Assembly (NCBI GenBank): GCA_016124845.1
Contig: WGMW01000003.1
Span: forward strand, 27,824-91,823
DNA from: Flavobacteriales bacterium
GTDB taxonomy: Bacteria > Bacteroidota > Bacteroidia > UBA10329
Length of the DNA stretch: 64,000 nucleotides
Direction: 5' to 3'
Within the stretch, counting starts at the first letter, position 1. Each line of letters opens with the position of its first letter. The notes beneath the pieces are model-generated. The model saw only the letters and a list, made by a program, of their open reading frames with translations. It did no database searches and had not been told where the DNA came from. The position numbers were made by a program, and so were the translations under genes. Shown here in pieces: positions 45,585 through 55,207 of this stretch.

Positions 45585-45644
45585 GTCATGCTGAACTCGT
45601 TTCAGCATCTAATCAATAGACCCTGAAACAAGTTCAGGGTGACG
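45585..45644. repeat. Two-hairpin element in inverted orientation relative to 27090-27151.
   Basis: GGTCATGCTGAACTCGTTTCAGCATCTAATCAATAGACCCTGAAACAAGTTCAGGGTGACG. Confidence 0.75.
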
Positions 45645-45655
45645 AATCGGAAAGA

Positions 45656-46018
45656 ATGGCAACACTAACTGGATTTTACGAACGAACCTCCGAAGAGAAG
45701 ACAGAAAGCGGCTTCATTGTCAACGTGGATTTGAACGCTGGTCATGAGGTTTACGAAGGTCATTTTGTAGGAAAACCTGTTGCGCCTGGTGCGGCTTTGA
45801 CGCAAATGGTGTTGGATGAGGCCATTCGATTGACCGATGGTAAGAAGAAAGTGACCGAGTTCCGCCAGATCAAGTTCCTTTCGGTTATCGATCCGACCAA
45901 GGTTAACCAACTGGTATTGGAATACGACTTCAAAGAGCGGAATGGTGTTGATATGTTCACTTGCACAGGCCGTTCTGGCGAAACCAATTACTTCAAGCTG
46001 AATGGCATCTTCGGCTGA
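45656..46018 (+). CDS. Hotdog-fold dehydratase (FabZ/FabA-like).
   Basis: 120 aa. HEVYEGHFVGKPVAPGAALTQMV matches the FabZ catalytic His region. Confidence 0.65.
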   Translation: MATLTGFYERTSEEKTESGFIVNVDLNAGHEVYEGHFVGKPVAPGAALTQMVLDEAIRLTDGKKKVTEFRQIKFLSVIDPTKVNQLVLEYDFKERNGVDMFTCTGRSGETNYFKLNGIFG

Positions 46019-47198
46019 ATTTGAGCATTATCGGCAGGAAATGAAGCGCATGGGAATATGCGTGATCGTTCCTACCTACAACAATCATAGGACCATTGCC
46101 CGCGTCATTGAAGGTGTGCTGGAATACACCGATGACCTGATCGTGGTGAATGATGGCGCCACAGACGAAACGCCAAGGATTCTGGACGGTTTTGGTGACA
46201 AAATCGTTCGCGTGAGTTATGCTCCTAACAAGGGGAAAGGCTATGCGCTGCGAATGGGTTTTCAAAAGGCAACCGAACTCGGCTATCACTATGCCATTAC
46301 ACTTGATAGTGACGGACAGCATTTTCCAAACGACATTCCGAAGTTCATTGAAGTACACAAATCGCATCCGAATGCGGTGATAATGGGTGCTCGAAACTTG
46401 GAAGCCGATGGAATGCCTGCCAAGAACAGTTTCGCCAATCGTTTTTCGAATTTCTGGTTCCGATTGCAGACGGGAATTTTCATGCCTGATACGCAGACGG
46501 GCTTCCGTTTATATCCGCTTCAGAAGATCAAGAACATCAACTTCTTCACCACGCGTTTTGAGTTTGAGATTGAAGTTATTGTGAAGTTGGCGTGGCGCGA
46601 TGTTCCGTTTGTTTCAGTTCCGATTCAAGTGAAGTACGACCCGAATGAGCGCGTGTCACATTTCCGTCCTGGACCAGATTTTACACGCATCAGTTTCCTG
46701 AATGCGTGGTTTACGATTCTTACGGCTGCATATCATCTTCCAAGAAGACTGCTGCTGAAAGGAAAACTTTTCCGATTGATCAAAGAGGAAGCCATCAAAC
46801 CAGAGGAAACCAATCTGAGAAAAGCTGCCAGTATCGGTTTCGGATTCTTCTTCGGAATCATACCGATCTGGGGATTTCAGTTACTCATAGGTATTCCGAT
46901 AGCGGTGCTCTTGAGAATGAATAAAGTGCTGTTCATTGCTGCGGCCAACATCAGTATTCCCCCGATGATTCCATTCATCATCTTTTTCAGCTACTTGATG
47001 GGGCAACCGTTCTCCGATGCGGAACCAATTCCATTTGAGAAGCTGTCTACACTTACGCTTGAGAACATTCACGACAACTTCATTCAGTATGTTATCGGAG
47101 CAATTATCCTCTCAATCGCGGTTGGACTTGCCGGTTTCTTGGTGAGTTGGGCAGCCCTTTCTGCTTTGCGGAAGAACCCAGAACTGATTGAAAGCTAG
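46002..47198 (+). CDS. Family-2 glycosyltransferase with a C-terminal membrane domain.
   Basis: CVIVPTYNNHRTIARVIEGV, then VVNDGATDET, then a DSD at TLDSDGQ. The C-terminal 150 aa has transmembrane helices. The start may instead be MKRMG at 46041. Confidence 0.75.
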   Translation: MASSAEFEHYRQEMKRMGICVIVPTYNNHRTIARVIEGVLEYTDDLIVVNDGATDETPRILDGFGDKIVRVSYAPNKGKGYALRMGFQKATELGYHYAITLDSDGQHFPNDIPKFIEVHKSHPNAVIMGARNLEADGMPAKNSFANRFSNFWFRLQTGIFMPDTQTGFRLYPLQKIKNINFFTTRFEFEIEVIVKLAWRDVPFVSVPIQVKYDPNERVSHFRPGPDFTRISFLNAWFTILTAAYHLPRRLLLKGKLFRLIKEEAIKPEETNLRKAASIGFGFFFGIIPIWGFQLLIGIPIAVLLRMNKVLFIAAANISIPPMIPFIIFFSYLMGQPFSDAEPIPFEKLSTLTLENIHDNFIQYVIGAIILSIAVGLAGFLVSWAALSALRKNPELIES

Positions 47199-47218
47199 TT
47201 TTATTTTTCCTTCCAACC

Positions 47219-47587
47219 TTAGTGAATTCTGTTTTGAGATACGATTTGATATTCATCTTCGTATAGTATCATTCCAGGTTTGTCCGTCCTCAATACGCGA
47301 ACCTGATATCCATTTTCTTTCAAGATTGCTGTAAGGTCTCTCATCTTGTCTATAAAGTTGTTCGCATCGTCTTTAAACCATGAAATTGCATCAACTGACC
47401 AGTTTTTCTTCGAGTAGGGTGGTACTGGTAAATTCTCGTTAAAGTATTCGAATACCTCTTTGATAATATCTACTTGATACGGTTGAAGTTTCCCCTCAGA
47501 TTTCAGGTGTTCAATTTCAGTAAACAAGCCATTTTGTATTCTTGGAGAATCTGATTCAGAACCAACAACAAATCTTATGTAGTTCAT
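47219..47587 (-). CDS. Hypothetical protein of 122 aa.
   Basis: Clean ORF with no recognisable motif. Confidence 0.4.
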   Translation of the reverse strand: MNYIRFVVGSESDSPRIQNGLFTEIEHLKSEGKLQPYQVDIIKEVFEYFNENLPVPPYSKKNWSVDAISWFKDDANNFIDKMRDLTAILKENGYQVRVLRTDKPGMILYEDEYQIVSQNRIH

Positions 47588-47620
47588 GTCTGGGGTTCTT
47601 TGTCCATTAATTCCCGATTG

Positions 47621-48193
47621 CTATAGGCTTTTCACCTCCTCATGCCGAAAGCAATCCATTGTGTGATCGTTCACCATGCCTGTGGCTTGCATGTGTGCGT
47701 AAACAACCGTTGGTCCAACGAATTTGAACCCACGTTTCTTGAGGTCTTTGCTGATGGCTTCGGCCAATTCTGTTTTAGCGGGAATATCTTTCAGTGATCT
47801 CAGGTCAGGCTGCAACGGTTTTCCATCCACAAAATCCCAGATGTATTTACGGAACGAACCGAAATCTTTCTGAACTTGAATGAATGCCTGTGCGTTGGAA
47901 ACCGCAGCACGGATCTTTGCGCCATTGCGGATAATGCCAGCGTCTTCCATCAGTAAGGCGATCTTCGCTTCATCAAAAGCCGCCACTTTCTCCACATCAA
48001 AGCCTTCAAAAGCTCTTCGGAAGTTCTCGCGCTTGCGCAACACGGTGATCCAACTCAAACCTGCTTGGAACGTTTCCAGAATCAGGAATTCGAACAATTT
48101 CTGCTCGTCATAGAGCGGAACGCCCCATTCCTCATCATGATATTGGATGTAAAGCGGGTCGTCAGAAACCCAGCCGCAACGCACTTTTTCCAT
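47621..48193 (-). CDS. tag: DNA-3-methyladenine glycosylase I.
   Basis: RCGWVSDDPLYIQYHDEEWGVP and ETFQAGLSWITVLRKRENFRRAF are highly characteristic of Tag. Confidence 0.85.
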   Translation of the reverse strand: MEKVRCGWVSDDPLYIQYHDEEWGVPLYDEQKLFEFLILETFQAGLSWITVLRKRENFRRAFEGFDVEKVAAFDEAKIALLMEDAGIIRNGAKIRAAVSNAQAFIQVQKDFGSFRKYIWDFVDGKPLQPDLRSLKDIPAKTELAEAISKDLKKRGFKFVGPTVVYAHMQATGMVNDHTMDCFRHEEVKSL

Positions 48194-48222
48194 TGCGCAA
48201 GTATGTAAAAGGGTAGAAGTGG

Positions 48223-48441
48223 TTACTTCTTCTTCACCACCTTCGGGTCGTTGATGAACTTCCCGTTTACCGATTCGCCCAGAATCACAACTTCCTTCGA
48301 CTTCTCGTAATCCTTCACCGCCAGCATCATCTCATCTTCCGTATCTCTTCTGATCTTAATGCCCGAGGTTGCACCCGTGTTCCGCACTTCAATGTAGTAG
48401 CCGTCTTTCAGCTTCTTCGGTCTTGTAGGAGGTCTTCCCAT
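48223..48441 (-). CDS. Small hypothetical protein of 72 aa.
   Basis: ORF with a plausible start and a Lys-rich C-terminus. Confidence 0.35.
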   Translation of the reverse strand: MGRPPTRPKKLKDGYYIEVRNTGATSGIKIRRDTEDEMMLAVKDYEKSKEVVILGESVNGKFINDPKVVKKK

Positions 48442-48743
48442 ATCGTCTTTAACTCTTTTGCTACGCCAGTTTATCGAACATTCGTGTTTGGCGTTTCATT
48501 CTTGTCTTGGTGGGGAAATATAGGTAATTGAACCATACTCGAACCAATTATATGTTAATTAGTCTTAACCACCTGTTGTTCATTGCGTTTTCAATGTATG
48601 GCCGTAGGATTATTTGGGCGTTCCCACGCACATAATGCGAGGCAGTTATGTGCGCGGTCAGGCTGTCCGCTATATTCCCGCAAATGCGGGAGATGCCGCT
48701 TCCATCCTTAACGCGCGCCATCTGCCAGCCGCATCAAAAAACA

Positions 48744-48780
48744 GAAACGGTGGCCGAATTCAACTATCGGCCACCGTTTT
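48744..48780. terminator. Rho-independent-like hairpin downstream of the minus-strand lipoprotein gene.
   Basis: AAACGGTGGCCGA, then ATTCAACTATC, then GGCCACCGTTTT. The stem is 10-12 bp and is followed by a T-run. Confidence 0.5.
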
Positions 48781-48802
48781 CAGTTTCGATCAACATGCTT
48801 CA

Positions 48803-49195
48803 TCACATCGGATGCACATGAAATGATTCGGTGTCGGTCGTCATCGCATCATCATGGTCAGTCGCAGTGGCCGTTATCACGAAATTCGAAGGTTCCGCAG
48901 TTGTGAAAACCGTGTCCATATTCAGCGAATAGGTGGCCGCATCAGGATGCGCATGCATGTGAAAAACCGTCAGGCTGTCCACTTCACGGACGATCTCAAC
49001 CGACAGTTCATGCAGCTGATCATCATCTGTGAACTCAATATGCAGATTGACCGTGCTATCGCTCATGTACACGCCACCAGCGGCAGTTGGACTTATGATG
49101 GTTACGGTTGGAGGCTCATTTTTCACCGTTTTGGTGCAGGATGAAACAGCCACGACAATTGCTGCCGCGAGCATCATCAAAAGGGTCTTTTTCAT
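48803..49195 (-). CDS. His-rich secreted lipoprotein.
   Basis: Lipobox VAVSSC. FHMHAHPD and HVHPM motifs suggest metal binding. Confidence 0.45.
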   Translation of the reverse strand: MKKTLLMMLAAAIVVAVSSCTKTVKNEPPTVTIISPTAAGGVYMSDSTVNLHIEFTDDDQLHELSVEIVREVDSLTVFHMHAHPDAATYSLNMDTVFTTAEPSNFVITATATDHDDAMTTDTESFHVHPM

Positions 49196-49202
49196 TGAAT
49201 AA

Positions 49203-50117
49203 TTATATCGTTATCAGAATCGACAAATTCACTTGATGCTTTGGCGTGGTTTCTCCTTGGCTCAGGTTGAAAAACATCGGTTGAGAATAACTCACCGAAC
49301 CGATCAACCGCTTGAAACTCACTTGCAGGCCGCCTGTGGCCGAAACCTGATAACCGCCTGAATGCGTCTGCAACCGTTTTCCGTCAATGTCTTGGAATGC
49401 ATAATCCAAGTTGACTCCCACTTGCGGCATGAAGGTCACGTTTCTGTAAACCGTCCAATAAAATACTCCGACCATCGAAGTGATTCGATCGCCATATTTA
49501 TAATGGTCGCGATTCGTTGTGTTCAAACGGTAATTGGCCGCAGCACTTACGCCCCAACGCTTTATGCGCGCCAAGTAACGCAGGCTCATGTCCACATCCC
49601 AACTTCCTGTTCCTGGCTGAAGATTCCGATGCAGCAGTTCGCCATTTGACTTCAGATCGGTTTTTCCCGTGGGAGTTTTCAATCCTGTGCCCACAAACAC
49701 ATGGTGGCGCACCTTCTTTGTTAAGCTATCTGGCGAAGCGAAAACGGTGTAATTGGCACCAAGCCAAACGTCCCCCAGTCCATAACTCGTAGAGGAACCT
49801 TCGGTGTCTGAGATCTGCGAGCGATACACCAACGGCACCGCTGCCAGCAACTGCACCCGTTTGTGTGGGTAGTAGCTTCCGCGCAGTTCCATCGTGTGGA
49901 AGTATTCACGGCTTCGCGCAGTTTTTGCCGACACATCCAGCAAACTGGTGTGTCGGGTTTCAAATTGCTGGAACTGATACCTCAGGCCGACATAATGACG
50001 ACCGAACTGGGGTACAATTCCCATATATCCGCTTGAGGCACAGCCGCATTGGTCGCAGGCTTGCGCGCCCAAACTTGACATGGCCAACAGGCCAAGCCCA
50101 AGTATGAATTGTCTCAT
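49203..50117 (-). CDS. Outer-membrane beta-barrel protein.
   Basis: Signal peptide. Alternating amphipathic beta-strands and a C-terminal aromatic residue. CDQCGC lies just after the signal peptide. Confidence 0.5.
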   Translation of the reverse strand: MRQFILGLGLLAMSSLGAQACDQCGCASSGYMGIVPQFGRHYVGLRYQFQQFETRHTSLLDVSAKTARSREYFHTMELRGSYYPHKRVQLLAAVPLVYRSQISDTEGSSTSYGLGDVWLGANYTVFASPDSLTKKVRHHVFVGTGLKTPTGKTDLKSNGELLHRNLQPGTGSWDVDMSLRYLARIKRWGVSAAANYRLNTTNRDHYKYGDRITSMVGVFYWTVYRNVTFMPQVGVNLDYAFQDIDGKRLQTHSGGYQVSATGGLQVSFKRLIGSVSYSQPMFFNLSQGETTPKHQVNLSILITI

Positions 50118-50170
50118 TAAAAATGTGTGTGAGTTGAAAATCGCGGCTTGGAGGCCGCAGTAACGTCAAT

Positions 50171-50545
50171 TCACACTACGGGCGGTGGATGGAAAATGGA
50201 ACTTGGGATATCCGCTCCGTGTAGATTGGAAATGTTTGGAACGAGGCGTGTCTCGTTCTCAAATTGCCTCAACTCAAAATCTGAGGTCTGCGTAAAGAAC
50301 AGCAGCACTTCTTCCAATTGCGATGGAAGCGCGGGCATTTTTTTCGAGCCTTCTTCTGATTTCTTCAACTGCTTGGCCAAATGACATTTCCCGTTGCAGG
50401 TGTTCATTTTTGTGTCTTTCTGCACGCAGATGGTCTGGCTAATTAATTGCTGATGGATCTTGAAATCCAAGAACACGAAACTCTTCAGAAAAACATTGCT
50501 GAAAAGCAGTCCGATCAATCCTATGGCGGCTATGGCGCGAAGCAT
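50171..50545 (-). CDS. Hypothetical small membrane protein. The gene call is uncertain.
   Basis: The track ORF 50171..50653 would overlap the glycosyltransferase start. The internal Met at 50545 avoids the overlap. Confidence 0.25.
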   Translation of the reverse strand: MLRAIAAIGLIGLLFSNVFLKSFVFLDFKIHQQLISQTICVQKDTKMNTCNGKCHLAKQLKKSEEGSKKMPALPSQLEEVLLFFTQTSDFELRQFENETRLVPNISNLHGADIPSSIFHPPPVV

Positions 50546-50635
50546 CACGGCAAATATACCAAGCGATTCAACTGCAAATATGATTTTCGGCACTCTCGGT
50601 TCATTTATACGGTATCCTATTTTTGCAACTACAGC

Positions 50636-51718
50636 ATGAGCTCGCAGCCGCAACGCATTCTCTTCTTGGTTCCCTACCCATTGGGAATTGCGCCCAGCCA
50701 GCGTTTCCGCTTCGAGCAGTACTTCGATAAGCTGACGGAAGCAGGTTTTGAGTTTGATGTAAAGCCGTTCTTGGACGAACGCGCCATGATCTACCTCTAC
50801 GAACCTGGCAACTTTTTCCGCAAGGTTTGGAAGGTGAAGCTCGGTTTGTTGAAGCGATTCCTCCAGCTATTTTCTATTGCGAAGTACGATTACGTTTTCA
50901 TTCATCGCGAAGCCGCAGCCATCGGTCCGCCCGTTTTTGAATGGATCATCACGAAGGTTTTTAGGAAGAAGGTCATCTTTGATTTTGATGACGCCATTTG
51001 GCTGAAGAACACGTCAAGCACCAATTCGGTTATTGCGTTCTTTAAGCGGTATCGCAACGCTAACGATACCTGCAAATGGGCGTGGAAGGTTAGTTGTGGG
51101 AACGATTACTTGGCCGATCATGCGCGGCAATTCAATCAGAACGTTTTTGTCAATCCGACCACGATTGATACGGAGCATCATCACAATCAGGTGAAGAAGT
51201 TCTCGGGTGAGAAGATCACCATTGGTTGGACAGGTACGCATTCCACCATCAAATACTTGGATGCGCTTATTCCGATCTTGAAGAAGCTGGAAGGTGAGTT
51301 CGATTTCAACTTTGTGGTAATCGCTGACCGCAAGCCCGATTTCGACCTGAAAGGACTTCAGTTCGTTCCATGGAACAAGCAATCGGAGATCGATGACCTG
51401 CTGAAAATGGATGTGGGCGTGATGCCGCTGGAGAACGACAAATGGGCGAAAGGCAAGTGCGGCTTCAAGGCGTTGCAGTACATGGCGCTGGGCATTCCCG
51501 CCATTGTTTCGCCTGTTGGGGTGAATACGAAGATCGTTGACCACGAGGTGAACGGTTGGATATGTGACACACCCGAGGAATGGGAGCAGACGCTTCGTTC
51601 CATCTTGGAGAAGAAGGTAGATCTGAAGGATTTTTCTACCGCTGCCCGAACCAAGATCGAGGAGCATTATTCGGTCAAGTCCAACACCCGCGATTTTCTA
51701 CTTTTGTTCGCCAATTAA
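50636..51718 (+). CDS. GT-B fold glycosyltransferase (GT1/GT4-like).
   Basis: The C-terminal ALQYMALGIPAIVSPVGVNTKIVDHEVNGWIC is typical of GT4 nucleotide-sugar binding. The likely start is MSSQPQRILFLV at 50636. Confidence 0.65.
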   Translation: MSSQPQRILFLVPYPLGIAPSQRFRFEQYFDKLTEAGFEFDVKPFLDERAMIYLYEPGNFFRKVWKVKLGLLKRFLQLFSIAKYDYVFIHREAAAIGPPVFEWIITKVFRKKVIFDFDDAIWLKNTSSTNSVIAFFKRYRNANDTCKWAWKVSCGNDYLADHARQFNQNVFVNPTTIDTEHHHNQVKKFSGEKITIGWTGTHSTIKYLDALIPILKKLEGEFDFNFVVIADRKPDFDLKGLQFVPWNKQSEIDDLLKMDVGVMPLENDKWAKGKCGFKALQYMALGIPAIVSPVGVNTKIVDHEVNGWICDTPEEWEQTLRSILEKKVDLKDFSTAARTKIEEHYSVKSNTRDFLLLFAN

Positions 51719-51731
51719 AACGACATTTTAT

Positions 51732-51810
51732 AGCCACAGAAACACAGATTTCCACTGAATAAATGAAATCCTTCAGCGAAAACCTCTGTGCCTTCTGTGT
51801 TTCTGTGGCT
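51732..51810. repeat. Palindromic family element.
   Basis: AGCCACAGAAACACAGATTTCCACTG...AAACCTCTGTGCCTTCTGTGTTTCTGTGGCT. Confidence 0.75.
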
Positions 51811-51853
51811 ATCTAATTTGAATACATTCACTCCGATAAATAACTCTATCTCC

Positions 51854-52963
51854 ATGTCTGATACTACTGAACTTACCGAGCTGAAAAGCACCGCGCTGAC
51901 CGCGAAACACATTGAATTGGGAGCCAAAATGGTTCCGTTTGCAGGCTACAACATGCCATTGCAGTACGAAGGACTGCTGGTTGAACATGACACGGTTCGC
52001 AATGCGATGGGCGTGTTCGATGTGTCGCACATGGGTGAGTTCATCGTGCGTGGTGAGGGCGCGTTCGAGTTGGTTCAGAAGGTGACTTCGAATGACGTTT
52101 CTGCCTTGGTGGACGGAAAGGTGCAGTACTCGTGCCTTCCGAACGAGACGGGCGGTATTGTGGATGACCTTTTGGTTTACCGCATTGATGAGAAGACGTA
52201 CATGTTGGTGGTGAACGCTTCCAATATCGACAAGGATTGGGCGCATATCAGCAAGTACAACACGGCTGGGGTGGAGATGATCAACATTTCGGATAAGACC
52301 ACGCTTTTGGCGGTTCAAGGCCCGAAGGCTGCGGAGGCTTTGCAGAAGTTGACGGACATCAACCTTTCGGAGATGACCTACTATACGTTTAAGAAGGGTG
52401 TTTTTGCGGGTGTGGAGAATGTGCTGGTGAGTGCTACGGGCTACACAGGTGCAGGTGGTTTCGAGATCTACTTTGAGAACAAGGATGCCGACAAGATCTG
52501 GAATGCCGTTTTTGAAGCGGGTGCTGAATATGGCATCAAGCCGATAGGCTTGGGCGCGCGTGACACGCTGCGTTTGGAAATGGGTTTCTGTCTGTACGGA
52601 AATGATATTGACGATACGACTTCTCCGCTGGAAGCGGGATTGGGTTGGATTACCAAGTTCAACGGTGAGTTTACCAATTCGGCTGCGTTGCTGAAGCAGA
52701 AGGAGGAAGGCGTTTCCAAGAAATTGGTAGGGTTTGAGATGATCGACCGTGGTATTCCGCGCCATGATTATGTGATTGTGGATGCGGATGGCAAGGAGAT
52801 CGGGAAGGTTACTTCGGGCACGCAGTCGCCAAGTTTGAAGAAGGCCATCGGTCTTGGGTATGTGAACACGGAGTTTTCGAAAGTGGGCACGGAGATCTAC
52901 ATCAGCATCCGCGATAAGAAGATAAAGGCGGTTGTGGTAAGGCCACCGTTTTATAAGGGGTGA
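51854..52963 (+). CDS. gcvT: Glycine cleavage system aminomethyltransferase (T protein).
   Basis: [36 protein letters not shown] is the canonical GcvT N-terminus. Confidence 0.9.
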   Translation: MSDTTELTELKSTALTAKHIELGAKMVPFAGYNMPLQYEGLLVEHDTVRNAMGVFDVSHMGEFIVRGEGAFELVQKVTSNDVSALVDGKVQYSCLPNETGGIVDDLLVYRIDEKTYMLVVNASNIDKDWAHISKYNTAGVEMINISDKTTLLAVQGPKAAEALQKLTDINLSEMTYYTFKKGVFAGVENVLVSATGYTGAGGFEIYFENKDADKIWNAVFEAGAEYGIKPIGLGARDTLRLEMGFCLYGNDIDDTTSPLEAGLGWITKFNGEFTNSAALLKQKEEGVSKKLVGFEMIDRGIPRHDYVIVDADGKEIGKVTSGTQSPSLKKAIGLGYVNTEFSKVGTEIYISIRDKKIKAVVVRPPFYKG

Positions 52964-53003
52964 TTGAGTTTATAAAGTTTATAAAGTTGACAGGTTCAGC
53001 TGA

Positions 53004-53771
53004 TTGAGTTCAATCGCAAATCGTCAATTGCAAATTGTCAATCGCAGATCATTGAACTCAGTAGAAGTCTGTTTCTCTCCACCGTTGTTCGACCTTTTCG
53101 CGAGGAAGGGAAGCATTGTGGTGGTGGTTGACATCTTCCGTGCGACCTCGGCCATGGTCACGGCTTTCCATCATGGGGCGGCCAGCATCATTCCGGTTTC
53201 AACCATTAAAGAGGCGAAGGACTACAAGGACAAAGGTTTCTTGGCAGGAGGTGAGCGGAACGGGGAAGTGGTGAAGGGATTTGAGTTCGGGAACAGTCCG
53301 TTCTCGTATATGAACGAAGGCATCAAGGGCCGTGAGATTGCGCTGACGACCACCAACGGCACCCGCGCCATCAACATTGCCAAGAAGGGAGCCGATACGG
53401 TTCTCATTGGTTCATTTCTGAATCTTCAAGCGTTAGCTGATCACATTCAAACCCAAGGCAAGGATGTGGTGATCTTCTGCGCGGGTTGGAAGGACCGTTT
53501 CAATATGGAGGATAGCCTTTTTGCGGGTGCACTCACCAATTTGCTACTTACCAGCGGCAAGTTCTATTCGGATTGCGACAGCGCGAATGCCAGCAGTCTG
53601 GTTTACCGCACGGGCCGCAAAAATCTGATGACCTTTTTGAAGAGTTGTTCTCATCGGAAGCGTTTGGCGCATCTTCACCTTGAGAAGGATGTGGAATACT
53701 GTCTTCAGCGGGATGTAACAGACGTGATCCCTGTGCTGCGAGATGGGAAGTTGGTGCGATTGACCGACTAA
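53004..53771 (+). CDS. comB: 2-phosphosulfolactate phosphatase (ComB family).
   Basis: VVVVDIFRATSAMVTAF and TTTNGTRAI are present. The start codon choice is uncertain. Confidence 0.7.
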   Translation: MSSIANRQLQIVNRRSLNSVEVCFSPPLFDLFARKGSIVVVVDIFRATSAMVTAFHHGAASIIPVSTIKEAKDYKDKGFLAGGERNGEVVKGFEFGNSPFSYMNEGIKGREIALTTTNGTRAINIAKKGADTVLIGSFLNLQALADHIQTQGKDVVIFCAGWKDRFNMEDSLFAGALTNLLLTSGKFYSDCDSANASSLVYRTGRKNLMTFLKSCSHRKRLAHLHLEKDVEYCLQRDVTDVIPVLRDGKLVRLTD

Positions 53772-53912
53772 GCTGTAAGACTGCGGTTCCGCGAGTTTGT
53801 CTTTCTATTTACCGAAATGATTTGTTGCTTTTTTGAGAAAGGCCGTTGCTTGACCGTGGATGTGTGTGCTCGGACCGATGGTGATCGATGCTTGTCTGGT
53901 AGATTTTTGTGG

Positions 53913-54040
53913 TAAGACCGAGAATGATCGGGGCTTGACCGAGATAGATCGGGAGAAGACGGAGATAGATCGGGACTCGACCGAGAATGATCGGGAATGG
54001 ACTGATGATGTTGGTTATCAGGTGGTTACGGTTTGTGTCG
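53913..54040. repeat. Right copy of the large inverted repeat. It has four inverted copies of the 21-bp unit plus about 45 bp of adjoining sequence.
   Basis: GACCGAGAATGATCGGG and GACCGAGATAGATCGGG are reverse complements of the 36253-36380 units. 53997-54040 matches the reverse complement of 36205-36252. Confidence 0.7.
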
Positions 54041-54078
54041 GGTTTTAGGTCGGTCATTGGCCGATCATACGTATTTCG

Positions 54079-54423
54079 GTGCAAGATGTACTTCACAGAT
54101 CCTGCGAGTGCGTGGGGAGACCATTCATTAGGAAGATGCCATGTACCTTCGTGCCAATGAGTGAATTGAACGAAGAGCAGTACCGATTGGCGCAGCAATT
54201 GGCCGAGAACACCATTAGGGCGTATCAACTGGCTGCCACTGCGGAGGTACGACAGAAACTGGATGAACTGATGGCCGACATTGGGCCTCAGCAGGTGCAG
54301 TTGCGCGAAACACTCCGCCAAAGGCCACTTACTGAGGAGGAAATGACACAGCTGAACAACTTGAACGAGGCGACCCTCTACATTCTGGAAATGTTGGATT
54401 ACGCAGGAAAGCAGGAGGAATAG
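54079..54423 (+). CDS. Hypothetical coiled-coil protein.
   Basis: The likely true start is MSELNEEQYRLAQQ, further downstream. Confidence 0.35.
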   Translation: MQDVLHRSCECVGRPFIRKMPCTFVPMSELNEEQYRLAQQLAENTIRAYQLAATAEVRQKLDELMADIGPQQVQLRETLRQRPLTEEEMTQLNNLNEATLYILEMLDYAGKQEE

Positions 54424-54511
54424 TAGAGGCGTTATCCCGCTTTGCGCGTGCCTCAAATGGACATCCGATTTGACATCGTGCCTTTGGACACCTACCTTTA
54501 AAGGAAAAAAC

Positions 54512-55126
54512 ATGAAAAAAATCTACACTATCCTTTTCGTTTTTATCGCTTTTTCGGTCAACTCGGTATTTGCTACCAGTTACACCATCAACATCAGCGG
54601 ATTGACCTACACGCCAGCTACTTTGAATGCGGTTGTGGGAGATGAGATCACCATTCAGGCCACAGGAAACCACCCGTTGGTCCAGGTGAGCCAGACCACA
54701 TGGGATGCCGATGGCACAACACAACTTTCGGGTGGTTTTGGGCCAGAAACTTCGGATTACACATTCACCATCACCAGCACGGATGACATTTACTACGTCT
54801 GCATGAACCATGTTTCTTTGGGCATGAAAGGAAAGATCATTGTTTCGGCCGCAACTGGAATTGTGGATGCTGCACGTGGCGTTTCGCTGCAGGTGTTCCC
54901 GAATCCTGTGGTGAAGGGCGACTTTATGGTCAGAGGCAACGGCCAGACCTTGGACAATACCAAGTTGGAGATCTATAACATTAGCGGTCAGTTGGTAAGG
55001 TCGTTGAACCTGAAAGGCGAGGAAGCAAAACTGCATGCAACGCTGGCAGATGGCGTTTACTCGGTGATCATCAGCAAAGATGACAAGGCCATTCTGCGCG
55101 AGCGACTGGTCTTTCTTTCTGAATGA
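54512..55126 (+). CDS. Secreted cupredoxin-like protein with a type IX secretion (Por) C-terminal sorting domain.
   Basis: Signal peptide MKKIYTILFVFIAFSVNSVFA. YYVCMNHVSLGMKGKIIV is a plastocyanin-like Cys/His/Met copper site. The C-terminal EIYNISGQLV...GVYSVII matches the T9SS CTD. Confidence 0.65.
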   Translation: MKKIYTILFVFIAFSVNSVFATSYTINISGLTYTPATLNAVVGDEITIQATGNHPLVQVSQTTWDADGTTQLSGGFGPETSDYTFTITSTDDIYYVCMNHVSLGMKGKIIVSAATGIVDAARGVSLQVFPNPVVKGDFMVRGNGQTLDNTKLEIYNISGQLVRSLNLKGEEAKLHATLADGVYSVIISKDDKAILRERLVFLSE

Positions 55127-55207
55127 TCGAGCAGACGCTCTAAGGTTTATTGGAACCCTCATAGATCAATTCTGTGAGGGTTTCTTTTTGATGATCGGTA
55201 CATTGCG

